The notes: generated from the sequence alone by a model not told the origin. DNA of 64,000 bases from an uncultured Chloroflexia bacterium (GCA_963833225.1 CAWHXD010000017.1:1-64000); one strand, 5' to 3'. Positions 18,565 to 30,388 are shown, numbered from the stretch's first letter. Program-made: numbers and translations.

Positions 18565-18786
18565 ATGGACCAGACGTTCCTGCTCGTCCTCATCGCGGCG
18601 GTCGTGATCCTGATGCTTGCCTTGGCGCGGGTCCTGACGCGGCCCAGGACCTCGGCCGACGAATCGGTCTCCGACTCCCCCATCGGCGTGTCCACCGAGG
18701 GCATGAAGACGTGCCCCCGCTGCGGGATGGGCAATCTCTGGACCGAGCGCCGCTGCAGCGCGTGTGGAGCGGGCCTCAAGGGCTGA
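18565..18786 (+). CDS. Small membrane protein with C-terminal zinc ribbon
   Basis: N-terminal TM; CPRCG..CSACG. Confidence 0.7.
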   Translation: MDQTFLLVLIAAVVILMLALARVLTRPRTSADESVSDSPIGVSTEGMKTCPRCGMGNLWTERRCSACGAGLKG

Positions 18787-18863
18787 CGCCGGGCCCGCCC
18801 TCGTTCCTGGCCCGCGGGGCGCCGCGCTCGCCCCGTGCCGCCGTGCCGCCGCGCTCGCGGCAC

Positions 18864-20984
18864 CTAGACGACCGGCAGCGCCCGCCCCGCCGGGACCTCG
18901 CGCTCCCCCATCGGGGCGATGGCGGCCGCGAGCAGCTCGCTGATGTCCTGCGAGCTCACCGCGTCCGCACCGTCTGTGCGACCGGCGTCGGTCAGGCCGT
19001 CGCGGAGCATCACCATGCAGAACGGGCACGCGGTGGCGACGGTCGAGGCCCCGGTGTCGAGGACCTGGAGCGTCCGGGCGGCGTTGACCCGGGTGCCGCG
19101 GGTCTCTTCCATCCACATCCGCCCCCCGCCCGCGCCACAGCAGAACGTCTGGCGGCCGCTGGCCTCCATCTCCACCAGCTCCACGCCCGGAATCGCCCCC
19201 AGCACGCTGCGCGGCGCGGCGATGACCCCGTTGTAGCGCGCGAGGTAGCAGGAGTCGTGGTAGGTCACCGAGCGGCTCGGCAACCCGTCCGCGCCGAGGA
19301 TCAGCCGTCCAGCCCGCACCAGGTCGGCGAGGTACTCGCTGTGATGGCGGATCGTGAACGAGCCGCCCAGCTGGCCGTACTCGACGCCGATCGTGTTGAA
19401 GCAGTGGGGGCAGGCGGTCACGATCGTCCGCTCGCCCATGCCGTAGCGGTTGAGCGTCTCGATATTGCCGCCGGCGAGGATCTGGAACACGTACTCGTTG
19501 CCCATCCGCCGCGCCGGGTCCCCGGTGCAGCTCTCCTCCTGGCCGAGCACGGCGAACGAGACGCCGGCGGCGTCGAGACAGGTCGCGACGGCGCGGGCCA
19601 CGCGCCGGTTGCGGTCGTCGAACGCCGCGGCACAGCCCACCCAGTACAGGACCTCGAGCCCGTCGAGCTCGCCCGCCGCCTTGACCTCGGCAACGGTCCG
19701 GACCGGGAACGGCAGGCCCTTCGCCCAGTCGAGCCGCGCCGACGGCGGCTGGCCCCACGGGTTGCCGACGCTCTCCATGCCGCGGAACGCGCCCGTGATC
19801 TCCTGTGGGAATCGCGAGTCCTCGAGCACCAGGTTTCGCCGCAGCCCGACGATCTTGTCGACGTGCTCGATGGTCACCGGGCATGCCTCCACGCACGCGC
19901 CACAGGTGAGGCAGTCCCACACGGCGTCGTACGGGATGGCCGCGTCCACCAGGGGCCGGGCGACGGCATCGGACCGGAGCGTGTCGTCGAGACCGTGGGT
20001 CGCGCGAACGGTCGGCGAGTTGGGGATCAGCGGCAACCCGGCCTCTGCCTCGACGGCCTCGTGACGGATGCCCATGATGAACGCCTTGGGGTTCAGCGGC
20101 TTCCCGGTCGCATACGCCGGACAGGCCTGCTGGCAGCGACCGCACTCGGTGCAGGTGAACCCGTCGAGCAGGTCCTTCCAGGACAGGTCGGCCACGGTCC
20201 GGACGCCGAACACGGCGTCCTCGGCCTCGAGGTCCATCGCCGGCAGCTGGCCGCGCGGGGCGAGCTTGCGCAGGGCGATGTTGGGGATCGCCGTGGCGAC
20301 GTGGAGGTGCTTGCCAAAGGGGAGGTAGCCCAGGAAGATCGCGACCAGCACGATGTGCGCCCACCACAGGGTCGCGAACAGGGCCTGGCTGACGTCCCGC
20401 CCCAGACCGGTCAGCGCGGTCCCGAGCGCGTTGGCGATGAACGCCCCGGCGACCTCCCCGTGGGCGGCGACCTCGAACACCTGGGCGAGCAGCTCCGCCG
20501 CCACCACGGCCCCGATCAGCCACAGGACCAGGAGCGCGTGCCGGCTGAACGTGAGGCGGGCCGGCCGGATCACCATCCTCCGGAAGACCGCATACGTGAT
20601 GGCGGCGAGCACCACCAGCGCGACCACGTTCTGCATGGCGTTGACCGCGGCCCACAGGAGGCCATCGAACGGAGCCGAGACCACGGTCCCGATCAGCCCG
20701 CCCACCGCGATGTTGGCCGTCCCGATCGTGAGCAGGACAAAGCCCCAGAAGATGCCGAAGTGCATGAGCCCGGCGGGCCGGTCGCGGAACATCCGGGTCT
20801 GCGCGAGGCCATACCGGATAGCGCCCCACAGGCGCACCGGGATCCGGTCGTACGGGGTCGCGTTGCGGGCCTCCGCGAACACCCGCAAGTGGCGAGCCAT
20901 CGCGAGGCCGAAGAAGACCACCGAGCCCCAGAACACGGGGAACACGAGGGGGTAGGCCGGGACGTTCGCGAAGGCCTCGAACAC
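18864..20984 (-). CDS. Membrane Fe-S oxidoreductase (FadF/HdrD-like, 2x4Fe-4S + CCG domains)
   Basis: TM region, CTECGRCQQACP, CLTCGACVEACP, YWVGC, ACPHC, YHDSCYL, CCGAGGG, ACPFC. Confidence 0.92.
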   Translation of the reverse strand: MFEAFANVPAYPLVFPVFWGSVVFFGLAMARHLRVFAEARNATPYDRIPVRLWGAIRYGLAQTRMFRDRPAGLMHFGIFWGFVLLTIGTANIAVGGLIGTVVSAPFDGLLWAAVNAMQNVVALVVLAAITYAVFRRMVIRPARLTFSRHALLVLWLIGAVVAAELLAQVFEVAAHGEVAGAFIANALGTALTGLGRDVSQALFATLWWAHIVLVAIFLGYLPFGKHLHVATAIPNIALRKLAPRGQLPAMDLEAEDAVFGVRTVADLSWKDLLDGFTCTECGRCQQACPAYATGKPLNPKAFIMGIRHEAVEAEAGLPLIPNSPTVRATHGLDDTLRSDAVARPLVDAAIPYDAVWDCLTCGACVEACPVTIEHVDKIVGLRRNLVLEDSRFPQEITGAFRGMESVGNPWGQPPSARLDWAKGLPFPVRTVAEVKAAGELDGLEVLYWVGCAAAFDDRNRRVARAVATCLDAAGVSFAVLGQEESCTGDPARRMGNEYVFQILAGGNIETLNRYGMGERTIVTACPHCFNTIGVEYGQLGGSFTIRHHSEYLADLVRAGRLILGADGLPSRSVTYHDSCYLARYNGVIAAPRSVLGAIPGVELVEMEASGRQTFCCGAGGGRMWMEETRGTRVNAARTLQVLDTGASTVATACPFCMVMLRDGLTDAGRTDGADAVSSQDISELLAAAIAPMGEREVPAGRALPVV

Positions 20985-20998
20985 CGGTGGCGTCCTCC

Positions 20999-21542
20999 CT
21001 AGGAACCGGGTGGCAGGTCCGCCCGGCCGGCCGCCCGCTGCGCGCCATGGTCAAAGGGACCCGCAAGCGTCTCGAGCGCGTGGACGAGGAGCGGCTCCAA
21101 GACCTCGAACGATTCCATGGCCGCCCTGGGCGAACCGGGCACGTTGACCACCAGCGAGCCGCCCCGAACCCCGACCAGGCCGCGCGACATCACCGCGAAC
21201 GGCGTGTGCCGGCGGCCATCCGCCCGCATCGCCTCGGCGATCCCGGGCACCTCGTAGTCCAGCACGGTCGCGGTGGCTTGCGGGGTGACGTCCCGGGGCG
21301 TCAACCCCGTTCCACCCGAGCTGATGACCAGCCGGTTGCGCGTCGCCCCATCGCGGATCGCGTCGGCGATGCGCGCGACCTCGTCCGGGACAACCCGCCG
21401 CTCGACCGCGAAGCCCAGGGCCACCAGCCGCTCCCCCAGGCCGATCGCCCGAGTCGTCGGGGCGCGATCCCTCGTAGCTCCGGTCGCTGACCGTGAGGAC
21501 GAACGCCGACAGGTCCGTCAGCGTTCCACGCTCCGGGCTCAT
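20999..21542 (-). CDS. MogA/MoaB molybdopterin adenylyltransferase (frameshifted)
   Basis: LTVSDR..DDSG, VVPDE, SGGTGLTPRDVTPQAT, SRG, NVPGSP. Confidence 0.88.
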
Positions 21543-22131
21543 CCCTGGCGGCTTCCGCTTCCCGATCCGGCCGGCCATCCGCTCGCCCGGCTTCCGCCGT
21601 GGGCGCGGGCTCTCCGCCTCGCCCGCCGGCCGGTGCCAGTCGCCGCTCTTGCCGCCCGTCTTGGAGACCAGCCTGAGCCCCCGGATCTCCACGCCGCGCT
21701 CCACGCCCTTGACCATGTCGTAGACGGTGAGCGCCGCCACCGAGGCGGCGGTGAGCGCCTCCATCTCGACGCCCGTCGGCCCGGTCGTCGCTGCCTCCGC
21801 CCGGATGCGCAGGACCCCGCCGGCGCGATCCGGCGTGATCGAGACGACCAGGTCCGTGAGGGCGATCGGGTGGCACAGCGGGATCAGGTCGGCCGTCCGC
21901 TTGCCGCCCATCACGCCGGCAAGCTCGGCGACGGTGAGCACGTCGCCCTTCGCGTTGCCGCCATCGACGACCATCGACATCGTCTCGGCGCGCGATCGCC
22001 ACCTCCGCCTCGGCGACGGCTCGCCGCGCAGTGGGCGGCTTGGCGCTGATATCAACCATTCGCGGCCGCCCCCGGCGGTCCACGTGCGTGAGTCGGCGGC
22101 GTTCAACGCGCGGGGCGTCGCTGCGATCCAT
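21539..22131 (-). CDS. moaC: Cyclic pyranopterin monophosphate synthase (frameshifted)
   Basis: LTHVD..RMVDISAK, KGDVL, LIPLCHPI, TGVEMEALTA, TVYDMVK, KTGGKSG. Confidence 0.93.
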
Positions 22132-22155
22132 GGACCCTCCTGCTCGATCCCGATC

Positions 22156-23298
22156 CTAGCGGGCGTCGAGCCCTGTCGCACCGCCGGGTTGCGCCCCTCG
22201 GCGCGCCATGAGCCTGCCGATCGACTCCCGCATGACGACGCCCACCAGGGTCCCGTCATCCACGACGGCGAGACCGTCCACCGCCAGCCGGCTCATGGCA
22301 TCGACGGCCGACCACAGGTCGTCCGTCGGCGCGAGGAACGGGGCTGCGGGCGGGACCTGCATGATGTCCATCGCCCTCGCCGTGGCGAGCCGGCCGCGCG
22401 TGAGTCGCCGGACGGTCCTTGCCCCGATCACGCCCAGCACCGCGTCGCCGTCCACGACCGGCAGGCAGCTCACCCGCCCTTCACCGCTGAAGCGGTCCGC
22501 GAAGGTGTCGACGGTGAGACCCGGCGGGATCCGGGGCACGTCGTCCACCGTCGCGTCCGCGACGGTTGCGCCCTTGAGCAGGCGTTCCAGGTTCGCGCGC
22601 CCAGCGAGGGTGCCCGCCCCGGTCGCGAGGATCCACCCCAGCGCGAGCATGAGCATGCCCACGGTGATCAGGTCGGCAACGGCGGCCACCACACCAGCCC
22701 CCACCAGGGCCCAGCCGATGACGCGCCCCAGGGAGGCCGTCACGCGCCCGGCCCGGTCCCGGTCGCCGGTTCCCGCCCAGGCGACCGCGCGCACGATCCG
22801 GCCGCCATCGAGCGGCATCCCGGGCAGCAGGCTGAGCAGGGCGAGCGCCAGGTTGAGCCCGCCCACCACCACGAGCCCACCTCCGAGCAGCCCCGGCGCG
22901 GACCCCGCGGTGCCGGTCGCCAGCGCCAGCCCGAGCGCGACGCCGGCGACGGTCAGCGAGACCAGCGGACCCGCCACCGCGATCAGGAGCTCGTCGCGCG
23001 GCCGCTCGGCCTGGATCGACATCGGCGCCAGGCCCCCGGCGAAGTCCAGCGTGATCCGGCTGGCAGGCACGCCGTGGCGACGTCCGACCAGCGCATGGGC
23101 AAGCTCGTGGGCCACCACCGTGGCCAGGAAGGTGATCGCCACGACAAAGCCCAGGATCCAGTGCACCGGAGTGGCCAGGGTCGGCTCCACGTAGCCCGCC
23201 TGCTCGGCACCGAGCAGGGTCACGATCGCGATGAGCAGCGCCCAGACCCACGAGACCCGGATCTCGATCCCGAACAGGCGGGCGATCGGCACGTTCAT
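22156..23298 (-). CDS. Site-2 protease (M50) with CBS domains
   Basis: HELAH, AVAGP, LPGMPLDGGR, C-terminal CBS pair. Confidence 0.9.
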   Translation of the reverse strand: MNVPIARLFGIEIRVSWVWALLIAIVTLLGAEQAGYVEPTLATPVHWILGFVVAITFLATVVAHELAHALVGRRHGVPASRITLDFAGGLAPMSIQAERPRDELLIAVAGPLVSLTVAGVALGLALATGTAGSAPGLLGGGLVVVGGLNLALALLSLLPGMPLDGGRIVRAVAWAGTGDRDRAGRVTASLGRVIGWALVGAGVVAAVADLITVGMLMLALGWILATGAGTLAGRANLERLLKGATVADATVDDVPRIPPGLTVDTFADRFSGEGRVSCLPVVDGDAVLGVIGARTVRRLTRGRLATARAMDIMQVPPAAPFLAPTDDLWSAVDAMSRLAVDGLAVVDDGTLVGVVMRESIGRLMARRGAQPGGATGLDAR

Positions 23299-23954
23299 CA
23301 CGGCGCGGGGGCTCGCCGGCGACCGACGACTGCGAGCAGCAGCGCGAGGACCACGATGGTCACGCCCACCGCGATCGTGGACTCCACCCAGAACGACTCC
23401 GGGAACAGCTGCACGAGCCGGTCTGTTCGCGGGTCGAACATCCAGTTGCCGCCCGGGAAGAACACCTCGTGGAACAGGGTGAATGCGGCGTCAAAGAACA
23501 GCAGCCCCGCCACCCCCAGCACGAGCGTGCCCACCGCGGTCGCATACCCCGTGAGCTCCAGCCGGTGCCACAGGTGGTGGCGCGCCTCAGCGCCGCGTGC
23601 CGCCATGAACAGCACGAACAGGACGACGGCGGCGGCCGCCGCCACCCCGAAGAAGCCGAGGAACACGCCGCGCACGTCACGCATGTGGCCCCGCTCCGAT
23701 TCCTTGAGCACCGGGGTGCCGTCGAGGGTGACGTCGAAGTCCGGCGGACCGATCACCAGGTCCTCGAGGATCTGGCCGGTCACGGTCCGCAGCTGCTCGG
23801 TGGTGAAGCCTGTCGCGGCCTCGGCACCGGCGCGAGACTGGCCGAACCCCACCCACACCGGGGTCAGGTACGGCAGGATCGACAGGGCGACCATCACCAG
23901 CACGGCGGCGATGCCGGTGACAAGGGCGGCAAGGGTGCCGCGGACGGAAGCCAT
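23298..23954 (-). CDS. DUF1461/TIGR01906-like integral membrane protein
   Basis: ERGHMRDVR, FTLFHEVFF..NWMFDP..LVQLFPESF. Confidence 0.85.
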   Translation of the reverse strand: MASVRGTLAALVTGIAAVLVMVALSILPYLTPVWVGFGQSRAGAEAATGFTTEQLRTVTGQILEDLVIGPPDFDVTLDGTPVLKESERGHMRDVRGVFLGFFGVAAAAAVVLFVLFMAARGAEARHHLWHRLELTGYATAVGTLVLGVAGLLFFDAAFTLFHEVFFPGGNWMFDPRTDRLVQLFPESFWVESTIAVGVTIVVLALLLAVVGRRRAPAP

Positions 23955-24020
23955 CAGGCGGCGATGGTACCGGTTGCCGGCGGTCAGCCCGTCGGCAGGC
24001 TCAGTCGACCGGCGGAGGCG

Positions 24021-24410
24021 CTACGCCTCCTCGAGGGTCCGTGCCTGCTCCCACCAGGTCTCGATCATCAGCGCGGGCGGCGGCTCCACGGCCAGCTCGG
24101 CCGCGGCGCGGGCGATGCGGGCATGGAACGCCTCGAGATCGACGGCGAGCAGATCCCGCAGCCCCTCGATGCCCGCCTGGATGAACAGCTGGTGCTCGCC
24201 CGAGCCAAAGCCGGCCAGGTTGAGCATCAGGGCCTCATCGCGCCAGGTCGTGACGTCGGTCAGCGTCGCCTTGGCGTGGTCGGCGAGCGACTGGCGGCGC
24301 GTGGGCGTCTCGGACACCTCGAGCAGGATGCCGGTGGTGAAGATCCCCTGCTTCTCGAGGCGGGCAAGAAAGACAGGCTCGATCCGCGAGAGCTCGGTGA
24401 TGGGCGGCAC
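24021..24410 (-). CDS. DUF4332 domain protein
   Basis: Duplicated HhH-like pattern (LEKQGIFTT..LL; AGIEGLRDL; WWEQA). Confidence 0.75.
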   Translation of the reverse strand: MPPITELSRIEPVFLARLEKQGIFTTGILLEVSETPTRRQSLADHAKATLTDVTTWRDEALMLNLAGFGSGEHQLFIQAGIEGLRDLLAVDLEAFHARIARAAAELAVEPPPALMIETWWEQARTLEEA

Positions 24411-24533
24411 GGTCGCGTCGGCCTCCGATGGTCGAGTGGGCGGGACAGGTCGCCATTATGGCCGGAACGACACCGGGCGCGCGCCGGTTGCCCGATCGGG
24501 CAACGGAAGGGCACCTGCGGGCGCGGGCAACCG

Positions 24534-24896
24534 CTACTGGCGCGGCAGCGCTCGCGGCTCCAGCACCACGTCCCAGTGCGCGTCCAGGATCTCGAAGCGC
24601 CGGCGCTCCTCCGCGGCGAAGGTCGCCTGGTCGGGGTAGAGCCGGCTCACGATCGACGGGTCGTTGTGCTCCTGGATCGCGGCCCAGTCGCGGTACGTGA
24701 TCGAGACGAGCACGTCCCAGTCCGCCCGCCCATCGCCGTGGAAGCGGGACGTGAACAGCTCGACGTTGGTGTAGCGGCCGGCCGCCCGCTGCTCGCGCAG
24801 GATCGGCCAGTGGTTGCGCAGGAACAGGTCCACGAACTCGTCGTGGGTGCCCCAGCGCGTGCGATAGAAGTACAGGACCTCGACGGGTTCGCTCAT
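24534..24896 (-). CDS. Conserved hypothetical protein, NIPSNAP/dimeric alpha-beta barrel-like
   Basis: YRTRWG..EFVDLFLRNHWPIL..WDVLVSITY..HWDVVL; overlaps the decarboxylase stop. Confidence 0.65.
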   Translation of the reverse strand: MSEPVEVLYFYRTRWGTHDEFVDLFLRNHWPILREQRAAGRYTNVELFTSRFHGDGRADWDVLVSITYRDWAAIQEHNDPSIVSRLYPDQATFAAEERRRFEILDAHWDVVLEPRALPRQ

Positions 24897-26440
24897 GCAG
24901 GGTCTCCTTGGGTATCCAGCCGGGCCGCCTCGTGCCGCAGGAGCGCCCAGGCCCGCTCCACGTGGCGGGGCTCAGTGCGCAGGTTGCCGATGGCGATCCG
25001 GATCGTGAACCGGTCCCGCAGCCGGGTGTGGGACAGGAAGACCTCGCCGGTCCGGTTGACCGCGTCCATGAACGCGGTGTTGGCGGCGTCGAGCCAGGCC
25101 CGCGGCTCCGGCTCGTCCTCGCGCCCCGCCAGGCGCGCCGGGCGATAGCGGAAGCAGACGGTGGAGAAGGGCGCCGGCGCCAGCCGCTCCCAGTCGGGAT
25201 CGTCGTCGACCCAGGCCGCGCAAGCGCTCGCGCCTGCTCCAGGTGGCAGGCGATCCGACGTCGAAGACCCTCGAGGCCGAACCAGCGAGCTGCATCCACA
25301 GCTTGAGGGCACGCATCCGGCGGCCCAGCTGCGGCTGGTACTCCGTTGTAGTCGATGACGGGACCTGTCGCGATCCAGCGTGCGCAGGTACTCCGGCACC
25401 AGGCTGAACGCCGCCCGCATCGGTCCATGCGCCGCGTCAGGAGCAGGGACGCGTCGAGCGGCGTGAACAGCCACTTGTGCGGGTTGACGACGATCGAGTC
25501 CGCCTGATCCCAGCCGGCAAACGGGTCCGCGCCGGTCCGGCAGCAGGGCGACGGCCCCGGCATACGCGCTGTCCACGTGCAGCCACAGGGCCTCCCGCGC
25601 GGCGATCGTACGCGATCGCGTTGACGGGGTCCACCGACGTGGACGAGGTCGTGCCGATCGTGGCGACGATGGCGATCGGGCGAGCGCCGGCCGCCCGGTC
25701 CGCGGCGATCGCGGCGGCCGGAGCGCGTCCGGGTCCATCTCGTAGCGCTCATTGGTGGGGATCTTGACCACGGCCGCGCGACCCAGGCCCAGCGTCATGC
25801 ACGCCTTGTCGATCGAGCTGTGCGCCTCCTGCCGAGGCATACACCCCGACCGGACCCAGGTCCCCGCGCCCGGCCAGCCCGAGCGCGGCGGCGTCGAGGC
25901 CCGCCGGTTCGCGAGCCGCGGCGAGGGCGATCAGGGTCGAGGTGGACGCGGTGTCGGTCAGCAGCCCGTCGAACGTCTCGGGCAGTCCCAGCGCCTCGCG
26001 CAGCCAGCGGACCACGACGCCCTCGAGCTCGGTGCCGATGGGCGAGGTCCGCCACAGCATCGGGTTCTGGCCAAGCGCCGCGGTGAGGAACTCGCCCAGG
26101 ATCCCCGGCCCGGACGCCGAGGTGGCGAAATAGGCGAAGAAGCCCGGGTGCTGCCAGTGCGTCGCGTTGGGGAAGACCAGGCGGTCCACGTCGGCGAGGA
26201 TCGCCGCGACCGGCTCGGGAGCCTCCGGGGCGTGCGCCGGCAGCTGCGGCCCGATCGAGCCCGGGCTCGATCCTGGGCAGGACCGGGTACGTCTCCACGC
26301 TGGCCAGGTAGTCCGCGATCCGGTCGACCACGACATGCGCGGCCGCCCGGAAGGCTTCCGGATCCATGTCCAGCAGGCCGTCGACCTGCCCGGCGTCCAG
26401 GGTGGCGGCGTCGAGCGGCCCGGCACGGCGACTCGGCCAT
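24893..26440 (-). CDS. Group II PLP-dependent (aromatic amino acid) decarboxylase (multiple frameshifts)
   Basis: THWQHPGFFAYF, AHSSIDKA, WLHVDSAYAG, DSIVVNPHKWLFTPLD, RALKLW, FLSHT. Confidence 0.9.
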
Positions 26441-27364
26441 CAGATGGAGTGCCCGACCTGGTCCAGGATCGTGGACACCTGCGAGCCGAGGAAGATCAGG
26501 GCGACGACGGACACGAGCGAGATCAGGATCACGAACCCAATCACCACCAGGCAGCCCACGACCAGTGCGTTCCCGCTGCCCCCGGCCGGCTGGACCATCG
26601 CCGTGCCGGCCACCCGATCGTGCAGGCCCTGTTTCGCCGGGCTGGAGACGACCGAGATCAGGAGAACGACCTCCCAGACAAGGAGCACGAAGGCCACCGG
26701 GACGCTCAACTGGGGCACGATGCCGAGCACGGCCGCCCAGCCCGCGAGCGCCAGCCAGCGGCGGGCCGCCCGACCGCGGCTGATGGTACGGCCGTCGACG
26801 GCGTCGCCGAGCTGCAGGTTCAGCAGGCGCATGCCGAGCGTCGCGCGTGCGGCGCTCGACCACTGGAAGATGAAGTAGCCCGCGCTGATGGCCGCGGACA
26901 CGGCAGCGATGACGGCGAGGCCGACGGTGTTGGCCCCCGGCGTGACCGCGACGCTGCCACCCGGGGAGGACGCGATCCCCTGGAGGTCGAGCACGTCCAC
27001 CCCGAACAGCGCGACCACGATGTACAGCGCGTACGTGGCGCAGGGACAGGATCACGCCGTCGACGAGATAGGCGACGAAGCGCGGCAGCGTCGCCGCGTA
27101 CTCCAGGGTGGCGCGGCTCGAGAACGTGTCCGCCGGCGGTGCCCAGGCCATGCCCGGCGGCGAGTAGCCCGGGCCGGGCGGCGGCGCCCAGGACGGCGGC
27201 GTGCCGGCAGGCAGGCCCGGGGGCAGCGTCGGCGGTTGACCCGGCGATCCGGCGGGCAGGGGCGGCGGCGGGGCCCAGTCGGTTCGAGTCTCGTCGAGCG
27301 CGGGGTCACCCGGCTCTGAAGCCCCACCGGGGACGGCGTCGCCGCCGGGGTCCTGCCACGTCAT
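26440..27364 (-). CDS. RDD family membrane protein with Pro-rich N-terminus (frameshifted)
   Basis: RFVAYLVD, ATLGMRLL, QGLHDRVAGT. Confidence 0.85.
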
Positions 27365-27416
27365 CCCTGTTGCCCTCCACGATGCCGGACGCTCCGGTCA
27401 TCGTACCGGGCGCTGG

Positions 27417-29893
27417 TCAGGCCTTGATGCGCAGCCGGTCCGGGTCGTACATCGGCCGCAGCGAGGCCCGGATCGGGTAGCGCACGCCCGCGATGTCCAC
27501 CTCGAGCCGGCCGTTCTCGATCGCTTCGGCAGGGATGCCTGCCTCGTCCTCCACCAGGGCCAGCCCCACGGCACCGCCGAGGGTGTGCCCGTAGGCGCCC
27601 ACCCGGTTGTACCCGAACCACTGCCCGTCGCGCAGGATGGGCTCGCCGTGGTACAGGAACGGCTCGGGATCCTCCACCAGGACCTGGACCAGGCGGCGCC
27701 TGGGTGGTCGCCCGCCCTGCGCCTCCTTCGCCCGCAACAGCGCGTCCCGGCCGATGAACCCACCCGGCTTGTCCATCGCCACGGCGAACATGAGGCCGAC
27801 ATCGAGCGGCGTGTCGCTGTTGTCGATGTCGAGCGCGTAGTCCCGGTACGCCTTCTCGAGCCGAAGGCTGCCCATGGCCCCGATGCCAACGTGCCTGAAG
27901 CCGAGCTCGCCCCCGGCCTCGACGAGCGCGTCGTACACCGTCAGCGCCTGGTCGGCGGGCGCGTGGATCTCGTAGCCCAGCTCGCCCACGTAGGTCACCC
28001 GCATCGCGGTCACCCGCGCATAGTGGAGATCGATCTCCTGCGCGGTCATGTACGGGAAGGCCTCGTTGGACATGTCGGCGCTCGTCAGCGACGCGATCAG
28101 CTCGCGCGATCGCGGCCCCTGAACGGTCATCAGCGTGGTGCCGGCCGTGACGTCGGTCACGGTCACGAACTCGTCGTCACGGGTGTGGCGCTCGATCCAC
28201 GGGGCCATCCGGCGGTGGGTGATCTCGGCCACGACCAGCAGGAACGTCTGCTCCCCGACCCGGGTGACCGTCAGGTCCGCGATGATCCCGCCGGCCTCGT
28301 TGAGCCACTGGGTGTAGACGACGCGCCCGACGGGCACCGCGACGTCGTTGGCGCACACGCGGTTGAGGACCGTCTCCGCATCCCGGCCCTGGACCAGCAG
28401 GTTGGCCATGCCCGACATGTCGAGCATGCCCACCGCCTCGCGGACGGCGTTGTGCTCCGCTGCCTGGTACGGGAAGGACGGGTTCCTGCCCCCAGGCGTC
28501 CGGCAGCACGACGCCCGAGTGGTCGCTGTCGAACCAGTCCGCGTACTCGAAGCCTGCCGATGGCGCGAATCGCGCGCCGGCTGCCGCGAGCCGGTCGTGG
28601 ATCGCCGAGCGGCGGACGTACCGGCCGGACGTGGGCTGCCAGGTCGGGAACACGGCGTCGCCGAACAGGACGCCCAGCTGCTCCACGGCCCGGTCGCGCC
28701 GGAACCGCCGGCTCGTCTCGAAGGGCTGTGTCCGGTCGACGGTCATCCCGGTCACGTCGACCGGCGGGCACGCCATCCGCGATCCACTGCGCGATCAGGC
28801 TGCCGACTCCCCCGCTGAGCAGGATGCCCAGGCTGTTGAGCCCCGCGGCGACGAAGAAGTTGCGCAGCTCCGGGGCCTCGCCCAGCTGCGGCATCACGTC
28901 CGGCGTGAAGCTCTCCGGCCCGCAGAACAGCTGCCGGATCCCCACGTCCCGCAGCGACGGCATGCGCTCGAAGGCGATGTCCAGGTAGGGACCGACCCGC
29001 TCCCAGTCCGGGTCCAGGCTCGCGAAGGCCACGTCCCTGGGCACCGTGTCCAGCGACCAGGCGCCGCCTCGGGCTCGAACAGGCCGACCAGGATGCCGCC
29101 CCCCTCCTCGCGGTAGTAGGCGTGCTTCTCCTGGTCCTCGATGACCGGCAGGTCGGGATGCGCCCAGTCCACGGCATCGGTCAGCAGGTAGTAGTGCTCG
29201 GCTGCCTGGAGCGGGACCGTGACGCCGGCCATCGCTCCCACCTCGCGGCCCCACATGCCCGCGGCGTTGACGACGAACTCCGCCCGGATCGGTCCCTTGT
29301 CCGTCTCCACGCCGGTGACAATCGCCCTTGGCCTGGGTGATCCCGGTGACGGTCACGCCCTCGATGATCCGGGCGCCGTTCTGGCGGGCGCCGCGCGCGA
29401 ACGCCTGCGTCAGGTCGGCCGGATTGACGCGCCCTTCGTCCGGGACGTAGAAGCCCGCGACGATGTCGTCGATCTTGGCGGCGGGCCACATCCGCCCGAA
29501 CTCGGCGCCCGAGATCTCCTCCATCGGGACGCCGAAGCCACGCGAGAACGCCGCCTCGCGCCGAAGCCCCTCGAGGCGCTCCGGGGTCGTTGCCGGGACC
29601 AGGTGGCCGATGGCCCGGAACCCGGTCGCCTGGCCCGTCTCGGCTTCGAGCGAGATGCACAGGTCCTTCGTGTAGCGGGCCATCCACAGCAGCGTCTCGG
29701 ACGCCATGCCCGACGAGGTGATCAGCCCCGCGGCGTGCCAGGTGGTGCCGGCCGTGAGCTGGCGCCGCTCGAGCAGCACCGTGTCCTTCCAGCCCAGCTT
29801 GGCCAGGTGGTACGCGATGGCGGCGCCGATGACGCCACCGCCGATGATGACGACCCGTGCCTGGTCCGGGAATGGCGCCTTCGCCTGGTCCAT
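27417..29893 (-). CDS. GcvT-family FAD oxidoreductase (dimethylglycine/sarcosine dehydrogenase-like; frameshifted)
   Basis: VIIGGGVIG, GTTWHAAG, GPESFTPD, TYVGELGYE, SLRLEKAYR. Confidence 0.92.
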
Positions 29894-30388
29894 CGCATCG
29901 ACCCCTCGGCTGGCGCGGTCCACCTGCGTTCGGGCGGCCTGGCGCCGATCTGTCGATCCTAGTCACCGCACGGGCGGGCTGCCCGCCAGTCTCACTCCGC
30001 GGGCGGGTTGGAGCGCGCCTCCGCGCGGCGGGTGGCGCCAGCTGGGAACGAGAACACGGCCGAGGCGCCCGGGACGGGGCGACTGGGCCGTGTCACCGGA
30101 AACACGTCGGGGCGATGCCCCAGGGGACGCACGCGTGTCCGGTGGCGGAGTGTAGCCGATCCGCTCTCCACATACGACAGGCCCGACCTGTCCCTGGCCT
30201 CCGAGCAGGTGGCGGCCAACGGTGGCAGCGGCCGGGCCGTGTCCGCCACCGGCTTGCTGGTGCTCGCCTGGGAATGCTCCGGGGCACCGTCGGGTCTGGC
30301 GTCGGCCGCTTGCGCTCGATCGTTAGGCTTGGGTCCAGGCAGCACCGCGGCCGTCCCGCCGTGGGCGCCGAGCACGAGGAGGCCCCCG

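Noticed and set aside
29894-30388. Glycine or other riboswitch, or small gene, upstream of the GcvT-like gene
   Set aside because: No recognisable riboswitch consensus and no convincing ORF in any frame.
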